64,000 nt of DNA from the human T2T-CHM13v2.0 reference genome, Homo sapiens (GCF_009914755.1 NC_060925.1), one strand, 5' to 3'; shown: positions 29,161 through 43,089, counted from the first letter of the stretch. The notes: generated by a model not told the origin, from the letters alone. Program-made: numbers and translations.

Positions 29161-30871
29161 TATCTAGAGGAAATATGTAGAAAATATATTCTAGATTACA
29201 AGATAATGGAATGTTGAAAGTGCTATCTCAGTAACAATTTAAAGGCAGAAATTCTAAACACATAAGGAAAGTTGTAGTAAATCTCATCAACTTCTAAGGA
29301 CAATAGAATACCTGCATCAAACTACACTTATAAAGATCAGCCCAATAACCCTGAAACATTTTTTCCTCCTCTCCGATTCAATCAATTTTATATTTTATAT
29401 TAGGTCTCTATCAATATAATTATCTTGCTAGATAATGATAGTAAAATTAATGTTAGAACATAGATAATATGCAGGTACAAAAGGCCACAGCAACTAGACA
29501 GTATTTCTATGCATTAAACTATAAGAGTATAAAACATGTCCAAAATAAGAAAATGAAAATCAAATAACCGAGTGAGAATCATTCAAATAATCAAGTAACC
29601 TCTCTCTGAAATAAAGGATCATAATTCTGATCTTAAATTTTAATTAGTATCTACAAATGGGTTTAGATTATTGGCACTTATTGAAATCAGGAAGCATATT
29701 CTAAGTATATCTTCTCCTGAACTTTTAGTTCAAACATTTTCTTTTCTGTTGTGTTTTAATGAAACACATTATCACATTAAAGGGCACATTTTAAACACTT
29801 CACACAGACATACAAATAGGCTTTATGTTTCAATAACACTACATGCTATTTTCCTGAAAGGCTCATTTCCAATATCCCATTAAATAATTTAATATATAAA
29901 TAGTATAACTAAAGCAGTTCTAGTGCTCTGGTTTTTAGCACTGCTTAAATGGCTTGATTTCCAGGTCAGTAAGTACACCTGCTAACTCTGTTCTCCTTAA
30001 GCCAAGCTATTCATCAAGGGAAGCAGCAACTTTTTCCTTAACTGTTTTTTCTTTCACCATAAATTCTACTCGGTCCCCAGAATTTTCAAAGGAATGAAGG
30101 AGGTTCATATCATCCTGATATATTAGAATGCTGCTACGCAGGTAGAAGAGACTTGTTTCACTTCTATAAGCTTTAGAGGTTAAACTTTAAATGGCTCCTA
30201 GTGTTAATAGCCTAATATTTTTATTATCATAATATGAAAAGATTAATTTGAGGAAAATATTAAGATAATAATGAAAAATTAACATCAAGTTGAACTACCG
30301 ATTTTTACAAGTGAAGGGTTAAGCTTCCAATATTAAATTTTTATAACTGAGTCATACAGTTAAGTCAGTTTTATATCATTAAAACTTAGAAACATAAAGA
30401 GTAATTCAAGTAGAAAATGTAAGATAAATGGATGAGCTGAAACTTGCTTTTTAAAGGGCTGAGTTAAATTAATGTGTGTTAAATCATGTTTAATTAAGGG
30501 TAAAGGAAGACATGCTTTTTAGAGATATTTGCTTATTGTGACATTTAAAGTCAAGGTGGGCAGCATTAAAATATTCCTGCTACATAAAATAGAAGATATG
30601 ATGTGTTATTGGTACAAACTGACTATCAATACTTTAAAACACCTGGGAAAATTAACATTTACTTTAATTATAATTGTTTAAAATATGATTACTTACATTT
30701 TAAAAGCTTCATAGTATACTTTTTAAAGAAGTCAAGTTATCTTAAACATATTCTTGGTGATTTGTGTTACTAAATAGAAGAGTTTCATGGTATCTATTAC
30801 TTATAACAGGGTATTTCAGAAGTGATAAAAACATACAATACCATTAAGATTTCATACAGTTGCACTAGGTT

Positions 30872-31062
30872 TTTAATAACTGCTATTTATTGAATTGTGA
30901 TTATGTATCACTTTAATACATCGGCCGTAATTACAGTAAAAACCCTGAAGGATGATACTGTTATCTTCCTTTTGCCAATAATAACACTGAAGCTGTGAAT
31001 GAAAGCGACTGGCTGATTTCAAACACAGGTATAGCTGACCTCATAGTTTGTGTTGTTTTACA
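30872..31062 (-). mobile_element. MIR fragment
   Basis: aataactgctatttattga…aaccctgaag…cactgaagct…atttcaaacacagg..agctgacctca. Confidence 0.55.
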
Positions 31063-31778
31063 TATATGGTAATCATTAGATTAGGGGCTTGAGCAATAAA
31101 TAAAGGCTCCCATTTATTTTCAGAATCTATGCATGGGCACCAAAACACAGAAGAGCTTTAACAATTCCATTTAAATTTGAATAGAGGGAGGAGCCGAAAT
31201 ATGTGTGGGCTGACTTATGGCACCAGGGTAGAGGATGTATTAAATCCTGTATATAGTCATGCTAGAAAAAAAAATATGGCATAATTGAAACTATTGAACA
31301 CTGTCTATCAAAAAGAAGGGATTCTAGTTGAAAAATTGAGATTAAATCTCTTCCAAAAACAAAATGCCAGTCTAATCTTAATCTTATCACATGTCTACCT
31401 TCTTTCAGTTTATACTATACCTTGCTACCTGTACCTTAATGATATGGTAACAGCATCAGCACAAAAAAATCACCCAATGCATCTTATTTTTCTACTATTA
31501 TTTTTTGTACTCAGTCTTTCACAAATCTCCTCATCCCATTATATTTTTGTATTTGCTTCATGGTGATTGACAAATGTATATGTTTACATTTTTTCAGTGA
31601 TATTCGTATTGACATACATACCAGAATTAAAGTCTAACTTTCCCAAAGTAACACCATTATCTTCAACAGTTATTTCCAAAGAATGGAGTTGGTCTCTTCC
31701 TTGCTACCCAGTGTCGTCCTTAGCTTTTATAACACTACACTTGATTTTATCATTGTTCTTTCCTTCTCCTAACTTCAC

Positions 31779-32093
31779 TATTATTATTATTTTTATTTTT
31801 ATTTTTTTGGAGACGGAGTATTGCTCTGTCACCCAGACTGGACCATGGTGGTGTGATCTCGGCTCACTGCAACCTCCACCTCCCGAGGTTCAAGTGATTC
31901 TTCTGCCTTAGCTTCATGAGTAGCTGGGATTACAGGCGCATGCCACTGCGCTTGGCTAATTTTTGTATTTTTAGTAGAGAAGGGGTTTCACCATGTTGGC
32001 CAGGCTGGTCTCAAACTCCTGACCCTCAGGTGATCCACCCACCTCAGCCTCCCAAAGTGCTGGGATTACAGGTGTGAGCCACCATGCCCAGCC
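31779..32093 (-). mobile_element. AluSx/Sz, within probable L2 relic sequence
   Basis: Full-length dimer with a (TTA/TTTTTA)n tail. Confidence 0.95.
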
Positions 32094-34368
32094 TTATTTG
32101 TTTTATACCTCTTTTATATTAGTATCTATATGCTCCAAAAATAAGTTAATTATCTTTCTGCTTTAATATCCTAAATTATTAATTCTAACTGGTTTTCCAG
32201 TCAAAAAAACATTTTTCTTATGATAATAACTAGTTTAAAATTGTAAAGTATTAATGTATATTCCAAGTCCCAGTCTATTTCCAGCTTTATATATCAATAC
32301 TATCATTTATAAATCTCACTTTCCTTTCTATTGAAATAGTCATTCACAAAAAAGGCATTGTGTTTTTCATACACAATGCCTTTATTTTAACATTTTTGCT
32401 TCTCTAAAATTGCTTCACTGTACTTTAAAAAAACATACACCATGTTTCAAAATCTGAGTCACCACCTCTTCTATGATGTCTTGTTGACGTTAAATATATT
32501 CTGCCTTTTTGGACTATTATAACAATCAGTTTAATTATTATTCACAGTAGTAATCACCTTGGATTATGGTGACATGTTTGTGTCTCAAACTCTAGAAATC
32601 ATTTCAAACTTCTTGGAGGAATGATCTTGATATATATACCTTTATACCTTTGTTAACACACATCTGTTTGTGTAGTGAGCATTGAGAAAATGTGCTTTGG
32701 GATAGATGAGCTACTAGAGTCCAAATAGAGTAATTTGAAGTGTAATATGGATTAAATGTGTTTATTTTGACAGCATGGAACGAGGTGCTCAAATATTCAT
32801 TATTTAATTATAAAATTGAAATGTGTTAAATCGACTACTGTAATAAGTTTGATGGAATTGATTTGTAATTTGTTATGTCCCCTACTTATCAGATTAACTG
32901 GACAGAAGATTCACATATACTGACATATGTATTTCCAGTGGAATGTGTCAATCTCTTGAAACTCAATTCACAATTGAACAAAAATGGAGAGAATCAAAAA
33001 TTGAGATTGCTTTGCATTCTGAAATTATGTTTTCAAAATTTAGAAGCATCAATAATGATGCAAATCTTAGGATCTGATTATACAATGCCAAAAATTAGCA
33101 AAAAAAAAATTGAATGTTGTGCTCAACTATTCATACTGACTATTTCTAATAAATTAACTATTTTTTATTTCACCCTTATTAAATTGGTTAATTGTGGCAT
33201 TATAGTTATAACTTAAAGTTGTTAAAATCAAGCACTATATGAACTATGAAGAATCTTTTACTTAAAGAGGATTAACAAAAATATAAATCCTAATTGAAAA
33301 AGACATGAATTAAATGTGAAAATATAGACCAATTATACAGATGTTTGGAAATATTAACCTAGTTGATATATTATGAGCAAAATATGGTTAATTTTTTTTT
33401 CTCTTTTCAAGCAAAGAAAAAAAATCCCTGGCCAGATTGTAAAAAGTGAATCATAATTTTACATATGGAATGGCATTTATAAAGATAAATTCTATTTTAT
33501 GTGTTATTAAATTTTACTCTAAAAATACATTGTTTTCTCAAAGATGAAAAAAATCTAAGTAACTATCTATATAATTAATTTTGCCTCTGACGTTTATTTA
33601 TTTGTGACCATTATTTTATTGGCTCAAACATTGTGTTTATTATCAAAAACCATTGCCATCAAAAAGCAGAAATGATTTTAAAAATAGCTAGAATATTCTC
33701 TGTATTCTACTTAGCAGAGTTATCTTTAAACCCATACTTTTAAGTAATGACTTCCAAACTTGGGACTTTGATTTTAATTCAAAATTCAGAACTAGGAAAA
33801 TTAAACATTTTGATATACCTCTGCAAATGTATATCAATACGGTTGGTCCATTAAAACTTTAATCATGTATGTAGAAACTAGTCTAAATTATTTGACAGAA
33901 TTGAATGTATAATCAAAGTTATTGATCTATTAGCTTTATATTGACACAGCCAAAACACTCATTTTGGCCATTATACTATTTATAGCAGTTTCTATCAAAA
34001 CATCCTGATTTCTTGAGTTTTGTCCTTGAGAGCAGCTGAAACTTCTTAGACTGCAAAAGCAAAATTACCTGGAGCAGAAGGTATTTTTAAACACATGTTT
34101 TCCCAAAGAAGGCAGCTGCTCACTACATGAATTCTTTGAGCACTGCCATGCTCAGCAGTTAACTTTCTTTACTTGAAGGTACCAGGGCAAGGAAGATAAC
34201 CTCAACACATTGTTCTTCTATTACTGTTACTATGTTCTCAGTACTATTAAAAGGCTGATATTTGACAGCAAAGAAATTATTTTTTTAAAACAATCTTAGA
34301 AGAAAGGAAAGGTTTTTGTGTTTTTTAGATAAAAAATATTATTACCAAATCTTCAGTCACTTTAGTTA

Positions 34369-34690
34369 TTCTTTTTTCTTTTTCTTTTTCTTTTTCTTTT
34401 TGAGACGAAGTCTTGCTCTTGCTGCCCAGGCTGGAGTGCAGTGGTGCAATCTCGGATCACTGCAACCTCTGCCTTCCTGGGTTCAAGTGACTCTCCTGCC
34501 TCAGCCTCCTGAGTAGTTGGGATTACAGGTGCCTGCCAGCACTCCCGGCTAATTTTTTTTTTTTTTTGTATTTTCAGTAGAGATGGGTTTTCACCACATT
34601 GGCCAGGCTGGTCTAACTCCTGACCTCATGATCTGCCTGCCTCAGCCTCCCAAAGTGCTGGGATTACAGGCGTGAGCCACCACACTGGCC
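34369..34690 (-). mobile_element. AluS (Sg/Sc-like)
   Basis: Full dimer, (CTTTTT)n tail, expanded middle T-run, tgacctcatgatc 2-nt-deleted left arm. Confidence 0.93.
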
Positions 34691-35745
34691 TAATTATAAT
34701 TTTCTAAAGAGTAGCAAAGAAAGTCTATCTTGTATCTACAGAGAAAAGAAACTTCTGCCTAGAATATTCCTTTTCCTTGAGTTGTTTTATCACTTGTTTT
34801 TTAAATACTAACTTTATTTTCATTTTATCCAACAGTGCACTGATATTGCAATACTGAATATTATTTAAGTCAAAATTAAGATAAGTGTATTTTTATCATG
34901 TGCTTTGCTTTTGCATATAAGGATGTGTAAATACATTGATTACTTGATTGTTTATAGAAAATGTTAATAAGTACTGACACTTTTCTTATACATGCAAATC
35001 TGTTGCCAAGTATGATAATTATACTAGGCTAAAATCACTCTCGTATAAAATTTATCTATGTATTGGCCAAATGTGCTTCATAATTGGCAGCAATTGAGAC
35101 CTGTATTGATAGATATTTGTAATTAGAATGATAATCATTTGGACTTGCAATCAAGAAGGCCCTGTATTAGGTTGGGTGGGAAAGCAGAATTTTTGGATAA
35201 GCAGAGAAAAGCAAATAAATTCCAAATTGGAGTGCCAGAGAATCTAGCAGTTAATTAAACTAAGACTGCTCTCCTATCATCTGGCCAAATAAGAAAATAA
35301 TTACATTTATTTTCTTTATGTCTAACATCAAGTCATCAACTGCATAGTGCTTTTCTTCCAGCCAAGCCAAGAGGTATGTGTGAGGGTTCACTGTTGAACA
35401 CAAGCTACCCCTAAAACCTGAGTCTACCCGGGTGCTTGCCTGGAAGACTGATAATGGCTTGCTAGTGGCAGGTAGCTAGAGTAACTCATTCTTCAATTAT
35501 CCAAACTCCAGTCTTAGCATTTGCTTCCCGATTCTTTTTGAAAAGAACCTAACTGACATATATACAAGCATTCTTTTCAGTTGGCTGTAGCTTTCACTCT
35601 ATAATACAAATAAACCTTTACCAAATAATAGCTTTTTAAAAAATTATATATATGTATATATATTTATATATATAAATTATTTCAGTGGCTAACTTTGAAA
35701 AACCGATTATTTCATTAAGATACATTAAACTGAAAAGAGTAATTA

Positions 35746-36196
35746 TGTGTAGGAAAAAAATGCTCACACAAAATGCTTATGCCCTAATCCCGGAGCCTAT
35801 GAATATGTGACCTTAAGTGGCAAAAGAGATTTGCATATATCATTATTTAAGAAACTTGAGATTGAGATATCACAGGTCCTTACAAGAGGAAGGAAGAAGG
35901 TCAGAGTACATGAGATGTGGAGATGGAATAAGATGTCGAAGTGATATACACTGAAAATGAAGGAGGATGGGGCCACAACCAAACATTGCAGTGTCCTCCA
36001 GAAGCTAGAAAAGGCAAAAAACCCAATTCTCCCTTAGAGCCACCAGAGGAAATGCAGTTTTGTAGAGTCTGATTTTAGCACAGTGAGACCTATTTCAAAT
36101 TTCTAACCTCCGGAACTGCAAGTTCATACATTTGTGTTGTCTTAAGACAAGAAATTTGGGGGCAATCTATTAAAAGAGCAACTGACAACTAATGTG
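35746..36196 (+). mobile_element. MLT1D-like solo LTR
   Basis: cctaatccc.gagcctatgaatatgtgacctta..tggcaaaagagatttgca…agaagctagaaaaggcaa…cctccggaactg.aag. Confidence 0.85.
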
Positions 36197-37304
36197 CCCA
36201 TTAGAAAATTGTATATAGAAACTAGAAACTGTAAAAAATTCATGGAAAGAATTCCTTGGTAATATTGTTTAGGATGTTAAACTCAGGAAAGAATTAAGTT
36301 TCTCGGCTACTAATTTTTTCATATAAGCATTTACTTATTTATCCCAGTATGTGCATATTTATTCCAGTAGCACCTTTTTTGCTGCTGAATCTTTATGAAT
36401 TTTCATGATTTTTTTTCACTTGTATCAACAATTGTGTCCTGTATAGTATTTGATATTGGGAACATGTTACCACTCCTCAACTGATCTTAACCAGAAATTG
36501 ACATAAACCATGGTGCTCATCTACTTTTAAGTTTACATTTTTGAGTGACACAGCAAACAACCCTTGTTATACAATATATGACAATATATGAACACTTTGA
36601 GATTTATTTTCATAGACAATTATCTGTAGCTTTACTCCAATATATAGGCATAGCATGTAGTTTATATAAAGTATAAATGTTAGGTGTCCTGTGTCATTTA
36701 GGACTAAAGCATTTTAATTTGTGCTTTCAATGAGCTTTTTCCCAATCTAAGCAGTGAGCAAATTGTCCTCTCATATAATGTGACATAAAGAGTGGAAACA
36801 AAACAATAATCTCCTAGCAACACATGCAAATGGACATCGCACAAAAATCCCATAACACTAATGACTTCTAATCATAGGCAAAAAGACCTAAAGACCAAAT
36901 TTATACACTTTCTGTCTTTAAGTTTTTACAATCATTGCTTTAAATTAAAATGAAAACTTTCAGATAACATGCTTCCATTTCATAATGTTGTGTTACATAT
37001 AGTCTCCCTAATTTTTACTATGAAATCCTTTGAAGCTATTTTATTTTGTTACCAATAATTCATTAGTTTGATTTCGAGCACAATGCTCTTTTCAATATCC
37101 AAGAACCATTGGGAAAATGCTATATTATCTACAATTTAACCAAATAACTTTATGTTTAATTTAATAAATAAAGCCACTTGTTCTGTTTTCAAATTCAGTT
37201 ATTCCATTTTCAAGCTGACATAAGTTAATCAATGAATATGTAATTAAAAATTGGTACCAAGAGATCTCAGAACTAGTGATTATAAATCAAATAGGAAAGG
37301 TAAT

Positions 37305-37820
37305 TTTATTAGTATCCTATTGGTGAATTAGCTTCCAAATTCTCCCGAACTTAGTGGCTTAAAACAACAGAAATTCATCATCTTACAGTTCTGTAGGTTA
37401 GATGTGTGACATGGGTCTAACCAGGCTAACATAAAGGTGTGTGTTCTGGAGGTCCTAGGAAAGAATCTGTCCTTGCCTTTTCCTGCTCCTAGAGGCTGTC
37501 CCCAATTCCTTGGCTTGTGGCCCCCTTGGTCCATATCCAAATCCAGCAACAGTTCACCTCTCTGATTATTCTTCCATACTCACATCTTCTGACTGTAGCC
37601 AGGAATGATTCTTCAGTTTTAAGGACCCATGTCCTTTTATACCAATAGAGTGGTATATAATTAGGTTGGGCCGTACTGGATAATCCAGGATCATCCCCTC
37701 ATTAAGTTCCTTTACTTAGTCACATCAACAAAATCCCTTTTGCCATGGACTGTAACAGATTCACAGGTTCTGGGGATTAGGATGTGGATATCTGTGAGAG
37801 TCACTATTCTTCCTACCACA
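37305..37820 (-). mobile_element. MLT1D-like solo LTR
   Basis: aacttagtggcttaaaacaaca…tcttacagttctgtagg…ggataatccagga…gggattaggatgtgga.atct…cctaccaca. Confidence 0.88.
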
Positions 37821-38224
37821 GTAATCTTCTACAGCATTTTTTAAAAAATCAGTGATTTGAGGAACTTGAGAAAGCTAAGAGGCAAAAGAAGCAAGTTTGA
37901 CTGTTGACAAAATGAATGATTTTGGCAGAATATCAGCTATTCTTATAGAGATAACTATAAATTCCTGCATTAAAAACAAACAAACAAATGAAAAAACTAA
38001 ACCAACCAGTAAAATGTGAAGACAAACAGAGATTTTCAAGAAATACATACCTAGAAGAGTGAAGGCTTTTAGCTAACTCTAAAAATAACATGAAGCAATA
38101 TAATCTTACAATGTATCTATTCAAAAAGCTGAGACACCATTTTAGGCAGGCTTTACACGTGTACAATTTTCAGAATGTGGAGTCTGGTGATTTAACAAAT
38201 TTCCGAGATGACCAGATGAGAATA

Positions 38225-38400
38225 GAAGGCGATAATAAATTAGAATGTATCAAAAAGAGGGTGATTAGAATGACAAGTAGAATGAACGCATGCTGGATGC
38301 AAAAGAGTTAAAACAACTAGAGATGGTAAACTAGGAAATGAGAATATTGATAAAAATACAGTGATTATCATCATACTCTAGAAATACTGTAAAAGAAACT
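38225..38400 (+). mobile_element. L3/CR1 LINE relic
   Basis: Peptide GDNKLECIKKRVIRM resembles the CR1 RT C-terminal DIDKLERVQRRATKM; downstream gagttaaaacaactagagatg…ctag.aaa.gagaa follows the L3 consensus. Confidence 0.6.
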
Positions 38401-38756
38401 AGTATTTAGCGGGAGGCTATTCTCTTGCCACTGCAGTATCTTTATCTGATTGTTGCAAACTTATTCCATCTTTATATTTGTATAAAAGGCTTTAAAAATA
38501 TTCTTGAAATAAAGTAGCAGCATACTTAAACTCCTAGCCATGAACTATAAATGATGATTTTTTATGAAAAAGTAGTCTGAACAATAATAATTTAGAGGAA
38601 ACTAATATACCCAACACACTTGAATTACATATCTCTAAAATTCATTACAATTCTCATTTATAATAAATTGGTATGTAAAGCTAATGGATTTTTCAAAGAA
38701 TATCTTTTCTATATTAACATTGTTGCTTTCAGTAACTTTCCATTTATTATAATTAC

Positions 38757-38918
38757 TAGGGTTTACAGATTAGTCAATTAAAAATAGGAACTTCAATAAA
38801 ATTTGAATTTAAAATAAACAAAGAAAAAGTTTTTAGTATAATTGTGCCCCATGCAATATTTGTCATTTATCTGAAATTCAAATTAAACTGTACCACCTGC
38901 ATTTATCAGACAAGTCTA
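38757..38918. mobile_element. MER53 hAT-type MITE with internal deletion
   Basis: tagggtt..cagatt…aaatttgaattt…tttagtataa.t.tg.cccatgcaatatttg…ttatctgaaattcaaatt…cta. Confidence 0.85.
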
Positions 38919-40599
38919 ATTAATTTTAAAAATACAAACATAGAAAAAGAGCAGCCATTAACTGTTGCAAGAAAGGCTATTCCAAACCTTCAAGATTTAT
39001 TTTAACAAAAAATAAAACTTTATGAATCAAGTAAAGTTGATGATTATTCACTTTATATTAGTCTCTGCTTTCAGTTTCTAAGTATGTTTCAAATTTATTT
39101 TTCACTTTTTATATTTATTATATTGTTGTAGATGGCTTTTGATATATTGCTACTTATTATTATCATTTACTAAAAGGAAATTAAGTAGCTCTGCAAGATC
39201 TACAAAGAATAAATTTATCTCCATGCAAAAGTTGATCCAAAAAATCAAATTAATCTGAAAGAGAAAGAAAAACTATAAGAAACTAAAATAGTTCTATTTA
39301 TAGGCTTAAATGTGTAATGATGCTGCATCCAAGGTTCCCTAACTTGGGATCCAACAATTATGCCCATTACAAGGGCCTGGGATTACATCTATATTATAAA
39401 AGTGGCTGCTATTTTGGGATATTAACAAAGTTTCATTAATAACTGTATTCAAGGAAGGAAGAATTATGACAACACAGGATAATGATTTAGAGTTTAGAGG
39501 GATAATATAATCTTATTTTGTTAAAAGAACAAGAGGAAAAGAACAAAACCTGACATAATACAAATGTATTAAATCATTTTGATGATATGCTAAATCTACA
39601 TAGTGTAAAATGACATAGAAAACTTGTTCTGCTGATGTGAAGTAGATAGTTAAGACCTTTGACATATGGGAAAGGGAAATGGTTTTCAGAAATGGTAGAC
39701 ACAAAGTTGGTAAAAGAAATGTGGTGAATAATAGAGCCCCAACATAAGGATAATTGTTTAGAGATTTTGGAGGGGTATGGGACACACTCTGAAAATGTGC
39801 TTTTAAATCTTTTGACAATAAAGCTAATGGAGAAATTTATGAATAAAGCAAGAGGGCAGCCACAAAGCCATGATAAAATATGGCTTTTCTGCAATTTGAA
39901 TTTAAATACAGTACCTTAACATGTCCTACCCTAGGTTGCCTTCTTTATTCATGCTTATCTGTTTAGATCCTCCGGGCTTCCAGTATTTTTTATGTGCCTC
40001 CATTTATAATTAGCTACATAGATGAGTTTTAATGCTACTTTATAACATGAGTATAACATCTTATACTATATAAGATGAGTTTAATAGCTTTTATGCTATT
40101 GCTATCTTATTCTTTTGACTATTCTTAAAAAATAACCCTAATATATAATTGGTAGTATCTATTATCCAAATGAGTTTCTGTAGTTTTTAAACAAGTGACT
40201 ATTAATAATTGTGCTAAAATATAGTTGGAAATCTCATTGAAATTAATAGCTGAGGCAAGATAAACTTCAAAACAACACAAGATGAAAGATGATGAATTTT
40301 ACTTAACAATGTACACACTTAAAAATATATGATATGTTAATGAAAATGTTATCCATGAAATAACTGTTATTTTTAACACCTGTTAATTTTTAAATAATAC
40401 TAATACAATAAGATAGATGTCATGACAACAAAAGTGACTGACAATCACCCAATGAGCAAAGTTCAGAATCTATTTTAGAATTTATAGGGACACAAGCTGG
40501 TCATTTGCAGTAAAAATTGCTGTGATGTAGTTTCAAATCTGTGACCTTTGCTAAGCCCCTGGGTTCATTTGCAATAGTAGTACCTAGCAATGTCAAGAT

Positions 40600-40800
40600 C
40601 AATACATGCCAACCATTCTATTTATTTAATACATGCTACCTCATTTAATACTGAACAGTACTATAAATAAATGTTAATAATTATTTCCATTTTAGAGATA
40701 AGAAACTGAAGGTTAACTAACCTTTTCAATGTTATACAGTGAATAAATGATAAAGCTGTATTTCAGACCCAGGTTTTCTTGGTTTGGGACCCAATAATTT
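40600..40800 (-). mobile_element. MIR (MIRb-like)
   Basis: ctcatttaat…ccattttagagataagaaactgaagg…cagacccagg. Confidence 0.75.
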
Positions 40801-41427
40801 CTGATAGACACTAAATGTCTGAGAATTTGTTTTGTGAATTTATTGCATTATTATAAATTCAAGTGCAGGAAAGCTGCACTTAGGAATACTTTAGGTGTAG
40901 CAACTCCCAAATATTTGCAGGTAGCATCATATCTGGGGAGTCACACAGGCAACTGATTGGCCATTTGGTGGTTTAAAATCAATATATTCAGCAACTATGT
41001 CATTACTAGTCTTTTGGAAATAAGTATAATTTTTGACAGTGACAAATACTGACTTTGTGATACCCAGAATTATGACTGCCTGTCTTTCCAGTTCAAGAAC
41101 AATATAATAAAACAAATAATAAATTTTTAAAACTAAAAGCAATGCATTTTCATTATTTGCATATATAATATAATTACAGAAAAGTTGCTTAAAGATGAGA
41201 GAGATAGAAAATAGAAGACAAAGAAAGAAGAAAGTCATCAGGGGAAAAAAAGACAAGAAAGCAAGAATTTAAAATTGAAATGTGGTAATTCTACTTGTTG
41301 ATCAACCTACTGGGTATGGGTCTTGGGGAAAGACTGCCATGTCTGCCAGCAGCCCAGTTCTTGAGCACTTCTCTTGAGCACTTGAGAGAATATAGCCTCC
41401 TGGAGTGTGAATTTTATTTTTAAAGTT

Positions 41428-41470
41428 TGTGTGTGTGTGTGTGTGTGTGTGCATATGTGCATGTGCACAC
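41428..41470. repeat. (TG)n microsatellite
   Basis: 11-12 perfect TG units followed by degenerate TG/CA. Confidence 0.9.
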
Positions 41471-42013
41471 ATATATTTTCCAAGATGGTTTTAATAACTA
41501 TCTTATCTGGTGCTTATATGAAACAGAAAATTTAAAAAAAAACTGTTTCAAAATTGAAGAGAAATACATGATCAAATTTGCTGAGAAATTATATGTCAGA
41601 TTACAATGTGATATCTAACTATGATCATATACATGTTGAGGAAAAAAAAGAAATTAAATTTGAAGGGACTTATAATTTTGCCTGAAAGGTTTCATCCAAA
41701 TATTATTTCTAAATGATTGCTATTTTAAAAAACTGCTTTTGGAAAGAACATCAAAATTCTCTTTCCTTATTTATTATACTCTTTAGAAATTAATTACGAA
41801 ATATATATATTTTTTTCTTCAGGCAAAAAGCTACTTGCCCAAGTTCAATTTACAAACCACAAACTTCATAAACAACCAAAAAGGCATACTTTTTTTTATA
41901 AAAGAGACCATTTTTTGAGATCAGATGAATTTTAAATTTTTAAAAATTATATGATACACAATAAAACAAAACCTTAAACTCACCCGCTCTGCAGAAAATT
42001 TGTGTCTCATACA

Positions 42014-42503
42014 TGTTAAAATTTGTGAAGGATATAAAAAGTCATTCCCTACTTCAAAGCTAACAAGTTATCCTGCTACAGCATTATGGAAAACACAAGA
42101 TTCCTGAGTCAGAAACAAAGGAGTCTCTCACTCATGGATCAGATGGTAGCATTCGCATCAGTTCCTTTTGCCTCCCCTATCCCAGTACCACAGGGATGAT
42201 GGCAAGACGGGCCCAGATCCATGTGCACACTCAATAGGTTTGTCTTACATCTGAGGATGCCTAAGGTTAGGAATCTTCAGTCACAGCTGGGTGATGCTAG
42301 AAAGTTGCCCAACTCTGCCCCCAGAGGAAATATTACCTTAATTATTCTGTTCAAGAAATAATTCTGAACCCTGGCTTGGAGGGATACACTGTTTCTGTAT
42401 TTCTAGGCTGTTTTTATTTAACATCCTTGAACAGATGGTCCAAAACAGAATTGGATTCAAAATGTGCAGAAATTTGAAAATTATGGAGAATTATCTCCCA
42501 ACA
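42014..42503 (-). mobile_element. LTR40 (ERVL) solo LTR
   Basis: Ends …atggagaattatctcccaaca (reverse complement TGTTGGGAGA.AATTCTCCAT) and begins tgtt..aa.ttgtgaagg…ccctactt.caaagctaacaagtta.cctgc; 5-bp TSD ataca/atatg. Confidence 0.85.
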
Positions 42504-43089
42504 ATATGCAAATATCAGAATATTTGGGGGAAAATAGAGTTTTTTAATAAAAAAGTCATTGTCTACAGGATAACTATCATTGAACTCATCATATTATCTT
42601 TATCACTGTGTGGCAGGAAAGAACAAAATCAATGTGATGGATGATTTAAGAAATTTCAATCTAAATTTGGTCATGTGTGATTTTCCCTTTACATACTGAG
42701 TTTAAACTTAAAATATTTTTCCACTTCCTTCATATTTAATTTCCAAAACTCCTCTGAGAGTTGTGGTTGTTGTCACTATAGTTGCTGTCGTTCTTGTGTT
42801 ATTATTTTTACCTTCTTACATATCAGACAAATGAGGTTCATAGAGGTTAAGTAAATTTGCCTTAGGCCATATAGCTAAAGGCTTTTGTTTTTTTAATGTA
42901 CAATGCTGCTTTACAAAAATAATTACCAAAAGATGACAGTTCCTTAGTTTACCATAGATATGAAGATTTTAAGAACAGATCATATTGATTTTGAATTCAG
43001 CTGGAAATTAGCTGGATAATACAGGCTTCTTCGAGGAGAACTCACAAAGTGTAGTGGAAAAAATAACTTCTTAGAAGATAGCACGATGC

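Noticed and set aside
30081-30147. Possible 61-nt exon (ccccag|…cag|gtagaa, NFQRNEGGSYHPDILECCYA)
   Set aside because: Weak donor, not frame-preserving, and no recognisable protein similarity.
35746-37820. Two MLT1D-like LTRs that could bracket a provirus
   Set aside because: They are in opposite orientations with no MaLR internal sequence between them; independent solo LTRs.
38090-38311. 73-aa ORF with RT-like C-terminus
   Set aside because: Explained by a decayed L3/CR1 fragment.
41359-41383. Tandem tcttgagcactt duplication (similar 9-10 bp duplications at about 6437, 36571 and 51436)
   Set aside because: Common slippage micro-duplications with no further structure.
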